Origin: Firmicutes bacterium ADurb.Bin182
GTDB lineage: Bacteria > Bacillota > Clostridia > Christensenellales > CAG-138
Direction of reading: 5' to 3'
Length of the DNA stretch: 64,000 nucleotides
NCBI GenBank assembly: GCA_002070205.1
Contig: MWCU01000059.1
Span: 442 to 64,441 of the forward strand
In this document: positions 19,859-29,300 of the stretch, piece after piece
How positions within the stretch are numbered: position 1 is the first letter of the stretch
Layout of the letters: the number at the start of each line of letters is the position of its first letter
The notes under the pieces: generated by a model
Database searches by the model: none
What the model was told of the DNA's origin: nothing
Seen by the model: only the letters and a program-made list of their open reading frames with translations
Translations under genes and position numbers: made by a program

Positions 19859-21856
19859 ATGGAGCGCACAGATGTCATATTGAGAGCAAAGGCGCGGTTT
19901 CTGCCATACGTAAAAAGACAGGAGTTCAAGTATGAGGTCGGATTGTTAATACTATCCGGCTTATTCGGTTCGCTCGTATTCGCGGGCGGCAGGCTTGCGC
20001 CGGCGGGGACCGCAATCATATGCGCCGCCTGGATGTCGAAGAACAATCCGTATTACGCGCTTTCCGGAGCTTTGGCGGGCGCCCTTCTTTTCGGCGAGTA
20101 TGCTTCAGCTTCCGCGAGTTTGTTATATGTCGGGCTGAGTCTTCTGTGGAAAGCATGGCGGGGCTGCCTTAAAAAGCTGGACAAGCTGGTGCTGCTTATT
20201 GCGGCGCAGCTTATTGCGCTTCCCATGTTCTTTATGCACGACCTTAACGAATGTTTGCTCGGGCTCGCCAATCTGACCGTCAGCACCGTGATGGCGGCGA
20301 TTTTGCAGCATGGGCTTATCGTTGTCCGCCAGCTGCGCCTAAGGCGTATGCTTTCGGGCGAGGAGCTTTTCGGGCTTTGCACGCTTATGGGCCTTACTGT
20401 CCTTGCGCTTTCAAGGTTCGCGCCTTTCGGTATTTCGCCGGGGCTTGTGCTCGCGGTTGTAATGCTTGAGACAGCGGCGCTTGTAAAGGGAGCGGTTTCC
20501 GTTGCGGTTGCGGTTGCTCTCGGCGCGGCGTTAATACTAGGCGGCAAGGGAGAATTGCTCACAATAGCAAATTTGTCACTTTGCACGCTTGCTGCGGCGT
20601 CCGCCCGCAGCTTTAACAGATACGGCGCCGCGGCGGGGTTTTGCCTATGCTCGATTTTAATACATTTCTATGTCGGGGACGGCTATTCCGTAGGTTTCGT
20701 TGAGCTTGCGGCGGGAACTCTGATTTTTATCATGATCCCCAAAAGGCTGACGGCGGCTTTGAAGTCGCAGGTCGACAACGAAGCGCACCGCATGGCGCGC
20801 GAAATCAACGCCGTAACAAGGGTACGGTCGCTCGCGGGAGAGAGGCTGAGCGAGATCTCGGACGTGTTTCTTGAGGTGTCATCCCTGTTCACTGCGAACG
20901 GGGAAAAGAACAGCGTACAGAGCGGAGCGATCGCGTCGGTGACCCGGGGCGTCAGCGACGTTATGAAACAGCTGTCCGGAAAGCTCAGGGCGGATTGCCG
21001 CTACGACGAGGAGGCCGAAGCCCGCGTTCTTTTGGCGCTGGACAGGGAGGGGATAAGGGCCAAAAGCGCGGTAGTGGTGAACGAGGACGGCAGGCAGCTC
21101 GTAAAGCTTCATCTTAAGGACCCCGGTTTTACGGACGCGGCGTGTTCTGCGGCGGCCAGGGCGCTGGGGTGCGACCTTCGGGTGAGGAAATTCGCAAAAG
21201 AATATACTTTTCTTGAAGAGGCGTACGGCTATGAAGTAAGCTACGGAGCTTCCGCATGCCCGAAAGACGGGTTTGAGACCTCGGGCGACAGCATCGGCAT
21301 AAGAGAGCCGGACGGCGGAAGGATCCTTTTGATGCTGAGCGACGGAATGGGCTCGGGGGATGAGGCGCATTCCGTCAGCGCCGCGGCGGTGGCGCTTTTG
21401 GGCGATCTCGTGTGCATCGGGTTCGATATAGGCATCGCTTTGGATTTTGTAAACAGGCTTTTGATAGAGAGGGGCACGGGCGATATATACGCGACGATGG
21501 ACGCATTTTTGTTCGACATGAAAAACGCGTCGGCAACGTTTATAAAGTTCGGCGCTCCCGCCTCATACATACTGCGCGGCGGCAGCATCCATACCGTCTA
21601 TTCGGAAGCGCTGCCCGCGGGAGTACTTAAGGAAGCCCAGCCTGCCGTGCAGCTCGTCACGCTGATGCACGATGATATCGTCGTTTTGATGACCGACGGT
21701 ACGGCGGACGCTCTGGGCAGCGATATCCACGCCGCGATCATCGAAAAAGCGGGATTTGCCCGCACGGAAAAGGAGGCGGCCGACCTGCTCCTGGACGCCG
21801 CAAGAAAGAACGAGGTATCCGACGATATGAGCGTTATCGTCATAAAAATCCTTTAA
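19859..21856 (+). CDS. spoIIE: Stage II sporulation protein E (PP2C phosphatase)
   Basis: N-terminal polytopic membrane domain plus a C-terminal PP2C domain ('SGDS', 'LMLSDGMGSGDEAH', 'TDG'). Confidence 0.85.
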   Translation: MERTDVILRAKARFLPYVKRQEFKYEVGLLILSGLFGSLVFAGGRLAPAGTAIICAAWMSKNNPYYALSGALAGALLFGEYASASASLLYVGLSLLWKAWRGCLKKLDKLVLLIAAQLIALPMFFMHDLNECLLGLANLTVSTVMAAILQHGLIVVRQLRLRRMLSGEELFGLCTLMGLTVLALSRFAPFGISPGLVLAVVMLETAALVKGAVSVAVAVALGAALILGGKGELLTIANLSLCTLAAASARSFNRYGAAAGFCLCSILIHFYVGDGYSVGFVELAAGTLIFIMIPKRLTAALKSQVDNEAHRMAREINAVTRVRSLAGERLSEISDVFLEVSSLFTANGEKNSVQSGAIASVTRGVSDVMKQLSGKLRADCRYDEEAEARVLLALDREGIRAKSAVVVNEDGRQLVKLHLKDPGFTDAACSAAARALGCDLRVRKFAKEYTFLEEAYGYEVSYGASACPKDGFETSGDSIGIREPDGGRILLMLSDGMGSGDEAHSVSAAAVALLGDLVCIGFDIGIALDFVNRLLIERGTGDIYATMDAFLFDMKNASATFIKFGAPASYILRGGSIHTVYSEALPAGVLKEAQPAVQLVTLMHDDIVVLMTDGTADALGSDIHAAIIEKAGFARTEKEAADLLLDAARKNEVSDDMSVIVIKIL

Positions 21857-21927
21857 TATCGATTATGACTATATATCGGCGGCGGTTTATTGTATAATAC
21901 GTCTTAGCATTATACTAAGGAGCTGCC

Positions 21928-23661
21928 ATGAAGCCGAATTTGTTAAAACGGTTTATAGGTTATTACAGGCCGCATATCCCGCTGTTTTTATTGGACATGA
22001 TATGCGCAACCGCAATTGCCGCAATTGATATCGTTTTTCCGCTGCTGACAAGGTACGCCCTGCAGGATCTGCTGCCCGCTTCCATGTACGCGGCGTTTTA
22101 CAGGGTGGTTGCCGCCGCTTTTGTTTGCTATGTCGTAAGGTCTTTAATGACATATGTGGTTACATACCTCGGGCATCAGCTCGGAGTTAAGATGGAAGCG
22201 TGTATGCGAAGGGATCTGTTCGCTCACCTTCAGTCACTTCAGCACAGTTTTTTTGACAGATCCCGCACCGGTTTTTTAATGTCCCGAATCACAAACGACC
22301 TGTTCGAGATCACGGAGCTTGCTCATCACGGACCCGAAGATGTTTTCATATCTCTTTTGACATTCCTCGGCGCATGCGCGGTTATGATGACTATAGAGTG
22401 GAGGCTGGCCCTTATTCTGATAGCCCTTGTGCCGGTAATGATATTCTTTGTGATGATGAACCGAAAGCGCCTCAGCAATGCTTCAAAAAAGGTCAAAGAA
22501 GGCATCGCCGTAATCAATGCGGGGATCGAGTCTTCCATTTCGGGCGTGAGGGTCGCGAAGGCTTTTACGAACGAGGAGTATGAGATCAGAAAATTCGAAA
22601 AGGGCAACGGCGTATTCGTCAACTCGAAGCGCGGATATTTGAAAGTCATGGCCGTATTCACCGGCGGACTGGATTTTTTCAACGGGTTTTTGCAGGTCGT
22701 CGTTTTGGGAGCGGGCGGTTTGCTTATAATGAAGGGCGCGATGGATATTGTGGCGCTATTGACGTTTTCGCTGTATGTGTCCGCGTTTGTTCAGCCCTTA
22801 AGAAGGATCGGCAATTTCTCGGAAACCTTTACTATGGGAATGGCGGGCTTTTCGCGTTTTTCCGAATTGATGTCAACGGCGCCGGACATTGTTGATTCGC
22901 CCGGCGCGAAAGCGTTATCCGGCGTCAAAGGCGAAATCGAGTTTCGGGATGTTTCATTTTCGTATGACGATGATGTCAGCGTTCTCGAACATGTAAACCT
23001 TAAGATAAAAGCGGGCAGGTCGCTGGCACTCGTAGGTCCTTCGGGCGGAGGCAAAACGACGCTCTGCCATTTGATCCCGAGGTTTTATGAAACTTCGGGA
23101 GGCGTTATCACGATCGACGGCTTTGACATAAGAAATGTAACTCTGAAGTCACTGCGTGAAAACATCGGGATAGTGCAGCAGGACGTATTCCTGTTCGCGG
23201 ATACGATAAAAGAAAACATACGCTACGGCAGAATCACCGCAAGCGACGAGGAGGTCGTCGAAGCCGCGCGAGCCGCGAAGATCCACGACGAAATAATGTC
23301 CATGCCGGATGGATACGATACTCTTGTCGGGGAGCGCGGGGTTTTGCTTTCGGGCGGGCAGAAACAGCGCATATCCATTGCAAGGATATTTCTGAAAAAT
23401 CCGCCTATACTCATTCTTGACGAGGCTACTTCCGCGCTGGATTCCGCGACTGAGGCAAAAATCACGGAGGCGTTCGACAAGTTAAGCATCGGGCGCACAA
23501 CGCTCGTCATCGCCCACAGGCTCTCTACCGTAAGGGACGCCGATGAGATAATAGTAATCGACGATGAGGGCATCAAGGAGCGCGGCACTCACGCCGAACT
23601 GCTTGAATTGAACGGCGAGTACGCTCATTTATACGCTTCGCAGTTTAAAAACGGGGCATAG
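21928..23661 (+). CDS. ABC exporter, fused permease/ATPase (MsbA-like)
   Basis: Six-TM domain. Walker A 'GPSGGGKTT', signature 'LSGGQKQRISIAR', Walker B 'ILILDEATSALD'. Confidence 0.9.
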   Translation: MKPNLLKRFIGYYRPHIPLFLLDMICATAIAAIDIVFPLLTRYALQDLLPASMYAAFYRVVAAAFVCYVVRSLMTYVVTYLGHQLGVKMEACMRRDLFAHLQSLQHSFFDRSRTGFLMSRITNDLFEITELAHHGPEDVFISLLTFLGACAVMMTIEWRLALILIALVPVMIFFVMMNRKRLSNASKKVKEGIAVINAGIESSISGVRVAKAFTNEEYEIRKFEKGNGVFVNSKRGYLKVMAVFTGGLDFFNGFLQVVVLGAGGLLIMKGAMDIVALLTFSLYVSAFVQPLRRIGNFSETFTMGMAGFSRFSELMSTAPDIVDSPGAKALSGVKGEIEFRDVSFSYDDDVSVLEHVNLKIKAGRSLALVGPSGGGKTTLCHLIPRFYETSGGVITIDGFDIRNVTLKSLRENIGIVQQDVFLFADTIKENIRYGRITASDEEVVEAARAAKIHDEIMSMPDGYDTLVGERGVLLSGGQKQRISIARIFLKNPPILILDEATSALDSATEAKITEAFDKLSIGRTTLVIAHRLSTVRDADEIIVIDDEGIKERGTHAELLELNGEYAHLYASQFKNGA

Positions 23662-23735
23662 CGGGAAAAACCGCTCCTTTCGCCCGCATCGTTTTGTAAA
23701 TTCACCGGCGCCCGCGTTAGCTGAGGAGGTTTTTG

Positions 23736-25391
23736 ATGAATATAACCGTAAACGGAATTCCGGTATGTCTCGAACAGGGTCAGACCATCCATGATGCCGT
23801 AGTTAAGCTCGGGCTTGAAAGCAAGTCGCTGAGGAAAAGACCGCTGGCGGCTCAGATAGGCGGCGAGGTATACTCCCTCCGCTATGCCCCGCGCTATGAT
23901 TCGGAGATCAGGCTGCTGCGCTACTCCGAGGACCTGGGACGCAGGGTGTATGAAAGATCCCTTCAGTTTATATTGATACTATCCATTCGAAAACTGTTCC
24001 CGGGCGCAAGGGTAATCGCAAGATATTCGCTTGGACCTGGCGTTTATTTCACGGTCGAAAAAATGCCCGAGCTGAGCCCGGAAGACGTCGATTTGATCGA
24101 AAAGGAGTGCAGAAGGATTGTCGATGCGGATATCCCGCTGATAAGGCGGAGGCTTGATATCGATACGGCGATTGACTTTTTCACGCGCGACGGGCAGCAT
24201 GACAAGGCAAAGCTTTTGAGATGGAGGAAATTCAGCTATTTCGACGTCTATCAGGCGGATGATTACATGGATTATTTTTACGGGGAAATGGCGCCTTCAA
24301 CTGGCTACTGCAAGGTATTTCATCTCAAATATCTCAAAAATGCGCTCGTTATGCTTATGCCGTGCGATGACGACCCGGACAGGGCGGCCGTATATAAAAG
24401 GCAGCCGAAGCTTGCGGCGGTGCTTCGCCAAAGTGATGACTGGGGAAAGCTTATGACCTGCTCTACCGTTTACGAGCTGAACGAGAGGGTCAAGAACGGC
24501 AGCATACGGGAACTCATAAGGGTCAATGAAGCTCTGCACGAAAAAACTTATGCGGAGCTCGCGGATAATATCGTACGAAAAAAATCGAGGGCAGTAATGG
24601 TAGCGGGGCCTTCCTCTTCCGGAAAAACGACAAGCGCGAACCGCATTGCGACGCAGCTTCGCGTTCTCGGGCAGGATCCCGTCATGCTTTCTCTGGACGA
24701 TTACTATATCGACCGCGACAAGCTCCCTGTCGGAGAAAACGGTCAGGTAGACCTTGAGCATATAGATACTTTGGATATATCGCGCTTCAACCGTGATCTT
24801 GAATCGCTTGTGAACGGATGCCAGACTGAGGTCCCGGTGTTTGATTTTTCGACGGGCAAACGCAGCCCGAATGGTCGTCTCCTAAAGCTCAGCAGGGATC
24901 AGCAGCTTATAATAGAAGGAATACACGGGCTCAATAAGCGCATGATCAGCCCCGATATTCCTCCCGAATTGATTTACCGCGTATATGTCAGCGCTCTGAC
25001 CACGCTCAATCTCGATGACCATAACCGCATAAGAACGACGGACGTACGCCTGCTTCGAAGGCTTGTCAGGGACTTTCGCACCCGCAACGCGTCGATGGAA
25101 GCGACATTATCGATGTGGCCTTCCGTCAGAAGGGGGGAGTGGACTTGGATATTCCCGTTCCAGGAAGAGGCGGATTCATGGTTCAACACGACCCTTGTTT
25201 ATGAACTTGCGGTATTAAAAAAGTATGTGTATCCTCTTTTGCTGACGGTCCCGAAAGAGAGCCAGTATTATATAAACGCGCATATAATCGTGAAGTTTCT
25301 TAATTATATACTCGACGCGGACGTTGAGGACGAAATCCCTCCCACCTCGATTTTAAGGGAGTTCATCGGGGGCAACACGTTCTATAAATAG
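23736..25391 (+). CDS. Uridine-kinase-like nucleoside kinase with an N-terminal TGS/ThrRS-like domain
   Basis: P-loop 'VAGPSSSGKTT'. N-terminal ubiquitin-like TGS segment. ATG follows GAGGAGG. Confidence 0.7.
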   Translation: MNITVNGIPVCLEQGQTIHDAVVKLGLESKSLRKRPLAAQIGGEVYSLRYAPRYDSEIRLLRYSEDLGRRVYERSLQFILILSIRKLFPGARVIARYSLGPGVYFTVEKMPELSPEDVDLIEKECRRIVDADIPLIRRRLDIDTAIDFFTRDGQHDKAKLLRWRKFSYFDVYQADDYMDYFYGEMAPSTGYCKVFHLKYLKNALVMLMPCDDDPDRAAVYKRQPKLAAVLRQSDDWGKLMTCSTVYELNERVKNGSIRELIRVNEALHEKTYAELADNIVRKKSRAVMVAGPSSSGKTTSANRIATQLRVLGQDPVMLSLDDYYIDRDKLPVGENGQVDLEHIDTLDISRFNRDLESLVNGCQTEVPVFDFSTGKRSPNGRLLKLSRDQQLIIEGIHGLNKRMISPDIPPELIYRVYVSALTTLNLDDHNRIRTTDVRLLRRLVRDFRTRNASMEATLSMWPSVRRGEWTWIFPFQEEADSWFNTTLVYELAVLKKYVYPLLLTVPKESQYYINAHIIVKFLNYILDADVEDEIPPTSILREFIGGNTFYK

Positions 25392-25610
25392 CCGCCGCCC
25401 GGGGCTCGTTTCGAGTCATACTGGGCTCCCCTCCGCTGTCATCCTGAGCGAAGCGAAGGATCTCAAACAACTTCGGCAGACCACCAGCTGCCCGGGATTT
25501 TCCCGCTGTTATTCCGAGCGAAGCGAAGGATTTCAAACAATTTCGGCAGGTCGCCGCCGTCCGGGCTCAACTCGATGTCATCCTGAGCGAAGCGAAGATC
25601 TCAAGCGCTT
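25392..25610 (+). repeat. Three tandem ~70-bp units of an intergenic repeat (core GTCATCCTGAGCGAAGCGAAGGATCT)
   Basis: Cores at 25438-25463, 25508-25533 and 25577-25601. The copies diverge (GTTATTCCGAGC in copy 2; one G missing in copy 3). The inter-core segments are also related to each other. Confidence 0.85.
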
Positions 25611-25663
25611 TTTATCGATTAAAATACACACCAAACAAAAAAAATTATTGTCGGGGGTATTCA

Positions 25664-26461
25664 ATGCTTTTGATCTCATGGAACGTAAACGGCCTTCGCG
25701 CCTGCATAGGCAAAGGCTTTCTGGATTTTTTCCGGCGGGCCGAAGCGGACATTTTCTGCGTTCAGGAAACAAAGCTTCAGCAGGGCCAAATCTCGCTGGA
25801 ACTTCCGGGCTTTTCTCAGCACTATAACAGCGCGGTGAAAAAGGGATATTCCGGCACGGCGGTATTCAGCCGGAAGGAGCCGGACGTAGTCGCAAACGAC
25901 TTTTCGCTCATGCCTTCCATTCCCGACGAGCCCTGCTTTTCGGAGGAGGGCCGTCTGCTCACCCTTGCTTTCAAGGATTTTTATCTTGTCAACGCATACG
26001 CGCCCAACGCGCAAAGCGAGCTTAAAAGGCTTGATACACGCATGAGGTGGGAAGACGCTTTCCGTGCTTATGTCACATATCTCGATTCGCAAAAACCCGT
26101 GGTCATTTGCGGGGATTTGAACGTTGCGCATACGGAGCTAGACATTAAAAACGCAACCTCCAACCGCCGCAATGCGGGATTTACGGATGAGGAGCGTTCA
26201 AAATTCACAGAGCTTCTTTCTGCCGGGTTCGCTGATACGTTCAGGCGGCTATATCCCGTTAAAACAGCCTATACCTGGTGGAGCTACATGTTCAACGCAA
26301 GGGCAAACGACGTCGGCTGGCGTATCGATTATTTTTTGGTTTCCGAAAGGCTTATGCCGAATGTCGCGGACAGCATTATGTATTCGGACGTTTTTGGGAG
26401 CGATCACTGTCCCGTAGGGATAGAGCTAAAAACTTCTAGCGCCTTGTCCTGCGTGTCATAA
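25664..26461 (+). CDS. xth: Exodeoxyribonuclease III
   Basis: 'LISWNVNGLRA', 'CVQETK', 'GDLNVAH', 'SDHCPV'. Confidence 0.9.
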   Translation: MLLISWNVNGLRACIGKGFLDFFRRAEADIFCVQETKLQQGQISLELPGFSQHYNSAVKKGYSGTAVFSRKEPDVVANDFSLMPSIPDEPCFSEEGRLLTLAFKDFYLVNAYAPNAQSELKRLDTRMRWEDAFRAYVTYLDSQKPVVICGDLNVAHTELDIKNATSNRRNAGFTDEERSKFTELLSAGFADTFRRLYPVKTAYTWWSYMFNARANDVGWRIDYFLVSERLMPNVADSIMYSDVFGSDHCPVGIELKTSSALSCVS

Positions 26462-26496
26462 AAATATATATACTCTTGCGTATAAACTTATGTTTT

Positions 26497-26528
26497 GTGA
26501 CCGGCGTGTGACCGAAAAATGGTTTAAT
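26497..26528 (+). promoter_or_regulatory. Island promoter copy 1: direct repeat GTGACCG-N4-GTGACCG plus TGg-TTTAAT
   Basis: Half-sites at 26497-26503 and 26508-26514 (11-bp period). Extended -10 TG at 26520-21 and hexamer at 26523-28. The spacing is identical in all four copies. Confidence 0.6.
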
Positions 26529-26534
26529 AAAAGT

Positions 26535-26691
26535 GCGAACAGTCATTTCCAATTCCATAGCCGTTGCGGCCTATTACCTGTCTGCCGTATCCCCGCTGCG
26601 TTGATCCGGCGGGGATACGGAGATACCAAATTAAATTAGATCGCGAAAAATCGCAGGGAGCGGCTTTAAAGTCGTTCCCTGTTTATATTTT
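26535..26691 (+). ncRNA. Candidate structured non-coding transcript driven by island promoter copy 1
   Basis: No credible ORF or RBS. Perfect 12-bp hairpin CCGTATCCCCGC/GCGGGGATACGG (26585-26620). Terminator-like CAGGGAGCG/CGTTCCCTG followed by TTTATATTTT (26654-26691). Ends are inferred, not measured. Confidence 0.3.
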
Positions 26692-26813
26692 GAGCTCTTT
26701 TTTCGCAATCACAGCCGCGCCCGGGCGGACCGGCACATGCCGCGAGCTAATCGCGGACCTGCAAGTCCGGTTTCTTTGAATCCCGATAAATAATTTTATA
26801 TATTTTCACTCAT

Positions 26814-26845
26814 ATGACCGGCGTGTGACTGGCGTATGCTTTAAT
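26814..26845 (+). promoter_or_regulatory. Island promoter copy 2: ATGACCG-N4-GTGACTG plus TGc-TTTAAT
   Basis: Half-sites at 26814-20 and 26825-31. TG at 26837-38 and -10 hexamer at 26840-45. About 60 nt upstream of the 26909 start. Confidence 0.6.
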
Positions 26846-26908
26846 ACATATCGGCATAACGTGACGAATTATCGAACTGTCTGAAGAACTGTGCAGAATA
26901 AACGGAGA

Positions 26909-28519
26909 ATGGAAAGAAGATCTGCGAAAAAACTCAATAAACTGATCGGATTGATCCTTGCGGCGGCGCTTCTTGCATGCGCGCTTCCTTCGGTTTCACT
27001 CGCGAACGGGGTTACTCCCGAACCTTTGGAAACGCTTGCGTCGTCGGGAGGCACGCCCCTGCCCGTTTCGTCCGCGCCCGAAATTACACCTGCACCGACT
27101 CCGGTCATAACCGGAACCCCTGCCCCGGCGCCTGCGCCCGAGCCGACGGTTTCTTTTACGCCTGAACCGGCAGCTTCTTTTACGCCCGGACCGGCAATTC
27201 AAATCACGCCTTCGCCGGCGCAGGAGCCTGAAATCACGCCTGCTCCGCAATTGGGCCCGGAAGCCAGTATGCCGCTTCCCGAAGAGACGGAGGAAGCCGG
27301 CCAAGTTTTGCTTGCCGGCATATTAGCAGTTTCTAATTTGACATATATTTCGGTCGAAACGCCTGATAATCCTGAATATGTACTGGGTGAAAGGCAAAAC
27401 CCGTTTAACAAAAGGATCGAGATCCAAGTTGTCTACGACGGTCGTATATTGGAAAGCGAGGTCAGATACTATGGCGGCGGACATTCGTTTCCGGTGTATG
27501 TACAGATACTGCACGAAATGTTAAAACTGTCGAAAATCGACTATTTGGATAAGAACGGATGGCATTATAACGCACAATTACCATTTACAATAAATTTAAA
27601 CGCAAATGATCCGAATATTATTCGAATTGAACTTGGTTCCAACATTTCGTTTGCAAGCAGTACCGACGCTTGCTCGCTCCAAGGCCGTATTGTCGATCTT
27701 ACGGACCTTGTTTCGGTTTCTTCCGGGTTTACGGGCGGTATCGAGTTTTATAACGCGGCCGGAGATTTGATATCAAGCCCCGAAAACTATGAAGCTGTAC
27801 AAACAGAATCCATAACCGCCCGCGCTGTTGACGGCGTTGGGCTTAGGCTTGCCGAAACAACGTTTACTCTCTGCGTTTACGACCCCGTACTTGCTCCCGC
27901 AAGTCAAACGATATTTCTTGGGGAATCCGCGGTCGTCTCCGTCGATCCCGACACGCTTTACTGCGAGCTTCATCCCGAAGAATCTTTTTCGTTTGATTGG
28001 ACGTCCGGCTCGGAATTCGGAGGAATGCAGCAAACGTCCGGCCAAAGCATTACGGTGACTCCTTCAAAAGCGGGAACGTATACGTATGAGGTCGAGATAT
28101 CGCATTTTGACGGAACGGATACCCAAATAAAAACGCTGACAGCGTCGGTGGAGGTCCTGGATGGAACGCTTGTTCTTTCGCATGAAGGGCATGGCGGCGT
28201 CTGTGACCCGAATCAGTCCTTCATCTTTGAAGTCGTACGCAGCGGCTATAACGGAAGCGACACTGAGACCTTTTATGAGGTCATTCAAGGCGACGGCACA
28301 AAAATCATACGAGGTCTTAAGTTCGGAACATATACCGTCACCGCAATATCGGGCTGGTCGTGGAGATATGTTCCCGAACACTCACATATTACCGTGGATT
28401 TAGGCAGGAACCCGGATGGCGTTTCCTTTGACGTAACGGACTATGTCTCATTCAGAAGCGCGCGCACTTTCCTTTATTGGCTTTCCGGCGAGGCGTTTGC
28501 GACCAACCGTAACCTATGA
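26909..28519 (+). CDS. Secreted protein with a Pro/Thr-rich linker, Ig-like middle and a C-terminal prealbumin/CnaB-like beta-sandwich domain
   Basis: Sec signal 'LILAAALLACALPSVSLA'. About 90 aa of 'TPAP/EPT' low-complexity sequence. C-terminal 'FIFEVV...LKFGTYTVTAISGWSWRY' resembles the 'LKPG.YTVTE' modules of the 33480 adhesin. No sorting signal. Confidence 0.6.
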   Translation: MERRSAKKLNKLIGLILAAALLACALPSVSLANGVTPEPLETLASSGGTPLPVSSAPEITPAPTPVITGTPAPAPAPEPTVSFTPEPAASFTPGPAIQITPSPAQEPEITPAPQLGPEASMPLPEETEEAGQVLLAGILAVSNLTYISVETPDNPEYVLGERQNPFNKRIEIQVVYDGRILESEVRYYGGGHSFPVYVQILHEMLKLSKIDYLDKNGWHYNAQLPFTINLNANDPNIIRIELGSNISFASSTDACSLQGRIVDLTDLVSVSSGFTGGIEFYNAAGDLISSPENYEAVQTESITARAVDGVGLRLAETTFTLCVYDPVLAPASQTIFLGESAVVSVDPDTLYCELHPEESFSFDWTSGSEFGGMQQTSGQSITVTPSKAGTYTYEVEISHFDGTDTQIKTLTASVEVLDGTLVLSHEGHGGVCDPNQSFIFEVVRSGYNGSDTETFYEVIQGDGTKIIRGLKFGTYTVTAISGWSWRYVPEHSHITVDLGRNPDGVSFDVTDYVSFRSARTFLYWLSGEAFATNRNL

Positions 28520-28645
28520 GTACTGTGACCGACAAGGCCGGAAAATCAGCTGCTTCATATTTGTTTATATAACGAAAAAACCCGCAAATGCTGATAAATT
28601 ATCTTGAACAACAATTTTACATTTTTGAAGACAAGCTCATTTTAT

Positions 28646-28677
28646 GTGACCGGCATGTGACTGCCGTGTGGTATGGT
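28646..28677 (+). promoter_or_regulatory. Island promoter copy 3: GTGACCG-N4-GTGACTG plus TGg-TATGGT
   Basis: Half-sites at 28646-52 and 28657-63. TG at 28669-70 and -10 hexamer at 28672-77. About 60 nt upstream of the sipW-like start. Confidence 0.6.
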
Positions 28678-28736
28678 ATAGCACGAAAAGCGCGAAAATT
28701 GTAGATTTTTAACAAAAGAATTAGGGAGCAAAAACA

Positions 28737-29243
28737 TTGACAAAGGCATTCAAAACCGTTTGGAACGTCATATTTACGCTTGTGGTTGTTACGGTAGTGC
28801 TGACTGCGGTTCTTCTCGTCGGCGTGCGTCTCATAGGTCTTCGGCCGTTCACGGTCCTCTCAGGCTCGATGGAGCCCGCTTATCATGTCGGCAGCCTCAT
28901 ATATGTGAAGGAGGTCGATCCGGAAACCGTTAATGCAGGCGACCCCATCACGTTCGTGCTCAACGCCGATCTTGTCGTTGCGACGCATAGAGTCGTGCGT
29001 GTCGATAAGGAAAATTCGCATTTTTATACCAAGGGCGACGCGAATGCCGGCGAGGACGCAGCGCCCGTGCATTTTAAAAATCTCATCGGAAAACCCGTTT
29101 TCACAATACCTTACCTCGGCTATCTGGCAAATTTCCTTGAAACGAAGCAGGGTAGAATAATCGCTGTTACCGCTATCGCCGCGCTTCTCGTTTTGGTGTT
29201 TTTGCCGGATATGCTTAAGCCGATAAAAAAGACGATAAAGTAG
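28737..29243 (+). CDS. sipW: Signal peptidase I, archaeal/ER type (SipW-like)
   Basis: 'VLSGSMEP' (catalytic Ser), 'VATHRVV' (His rather than Lys), 'TKGDAN', and a C-terminal TM. Collinear with B. subtilis SipW as I recall it. TTG start follows AGGGAG. Confidence 0.85.
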   Translation: MTKAFKTVWNVIFTLVVVTVVLTAVLLVGVRLIGLRPFTVLSGSMEPAYHVGSLIYVKEVDPETVNAGDPITFVLNADLVVATHRVVRVDKENSHFYTKGDANAGEDAAPVHFKNLIGKPVFTIPYLGYLANFLETKQGRIIAVTAIAALLVLVFLPDMLKPIKKTIK

Positions 29244-29300
29244 GATCTGCCTTTTAAAAATCAAGGCTGCGCTGATCGTTTAAAGGAAGGGGACACTATT

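Noticed and set aside
25392-25610. Possible CRISPR array: three ~26-42-nt repeats at ~70-bp spacing.
   Set aside because: The repeat copies differ from each other at several positions. The 'spacers' are themselves related to one another. There are only three units, no cas genes, and the same core occurs at two other loci. This is a REP-like tandem repeat, not a CRISPR array.
26564-26779. 71-aa ORF downstream of island promoter copy 1.
   Set aside because: It has a TTG start, no Shine-Dalgarno sequence and an Arg/Pro/Cys-rich translation. The region is dominated by strong hairpins and a terminator that would fall inside the ORF. I treat it as non-coding RNA or leader instead.
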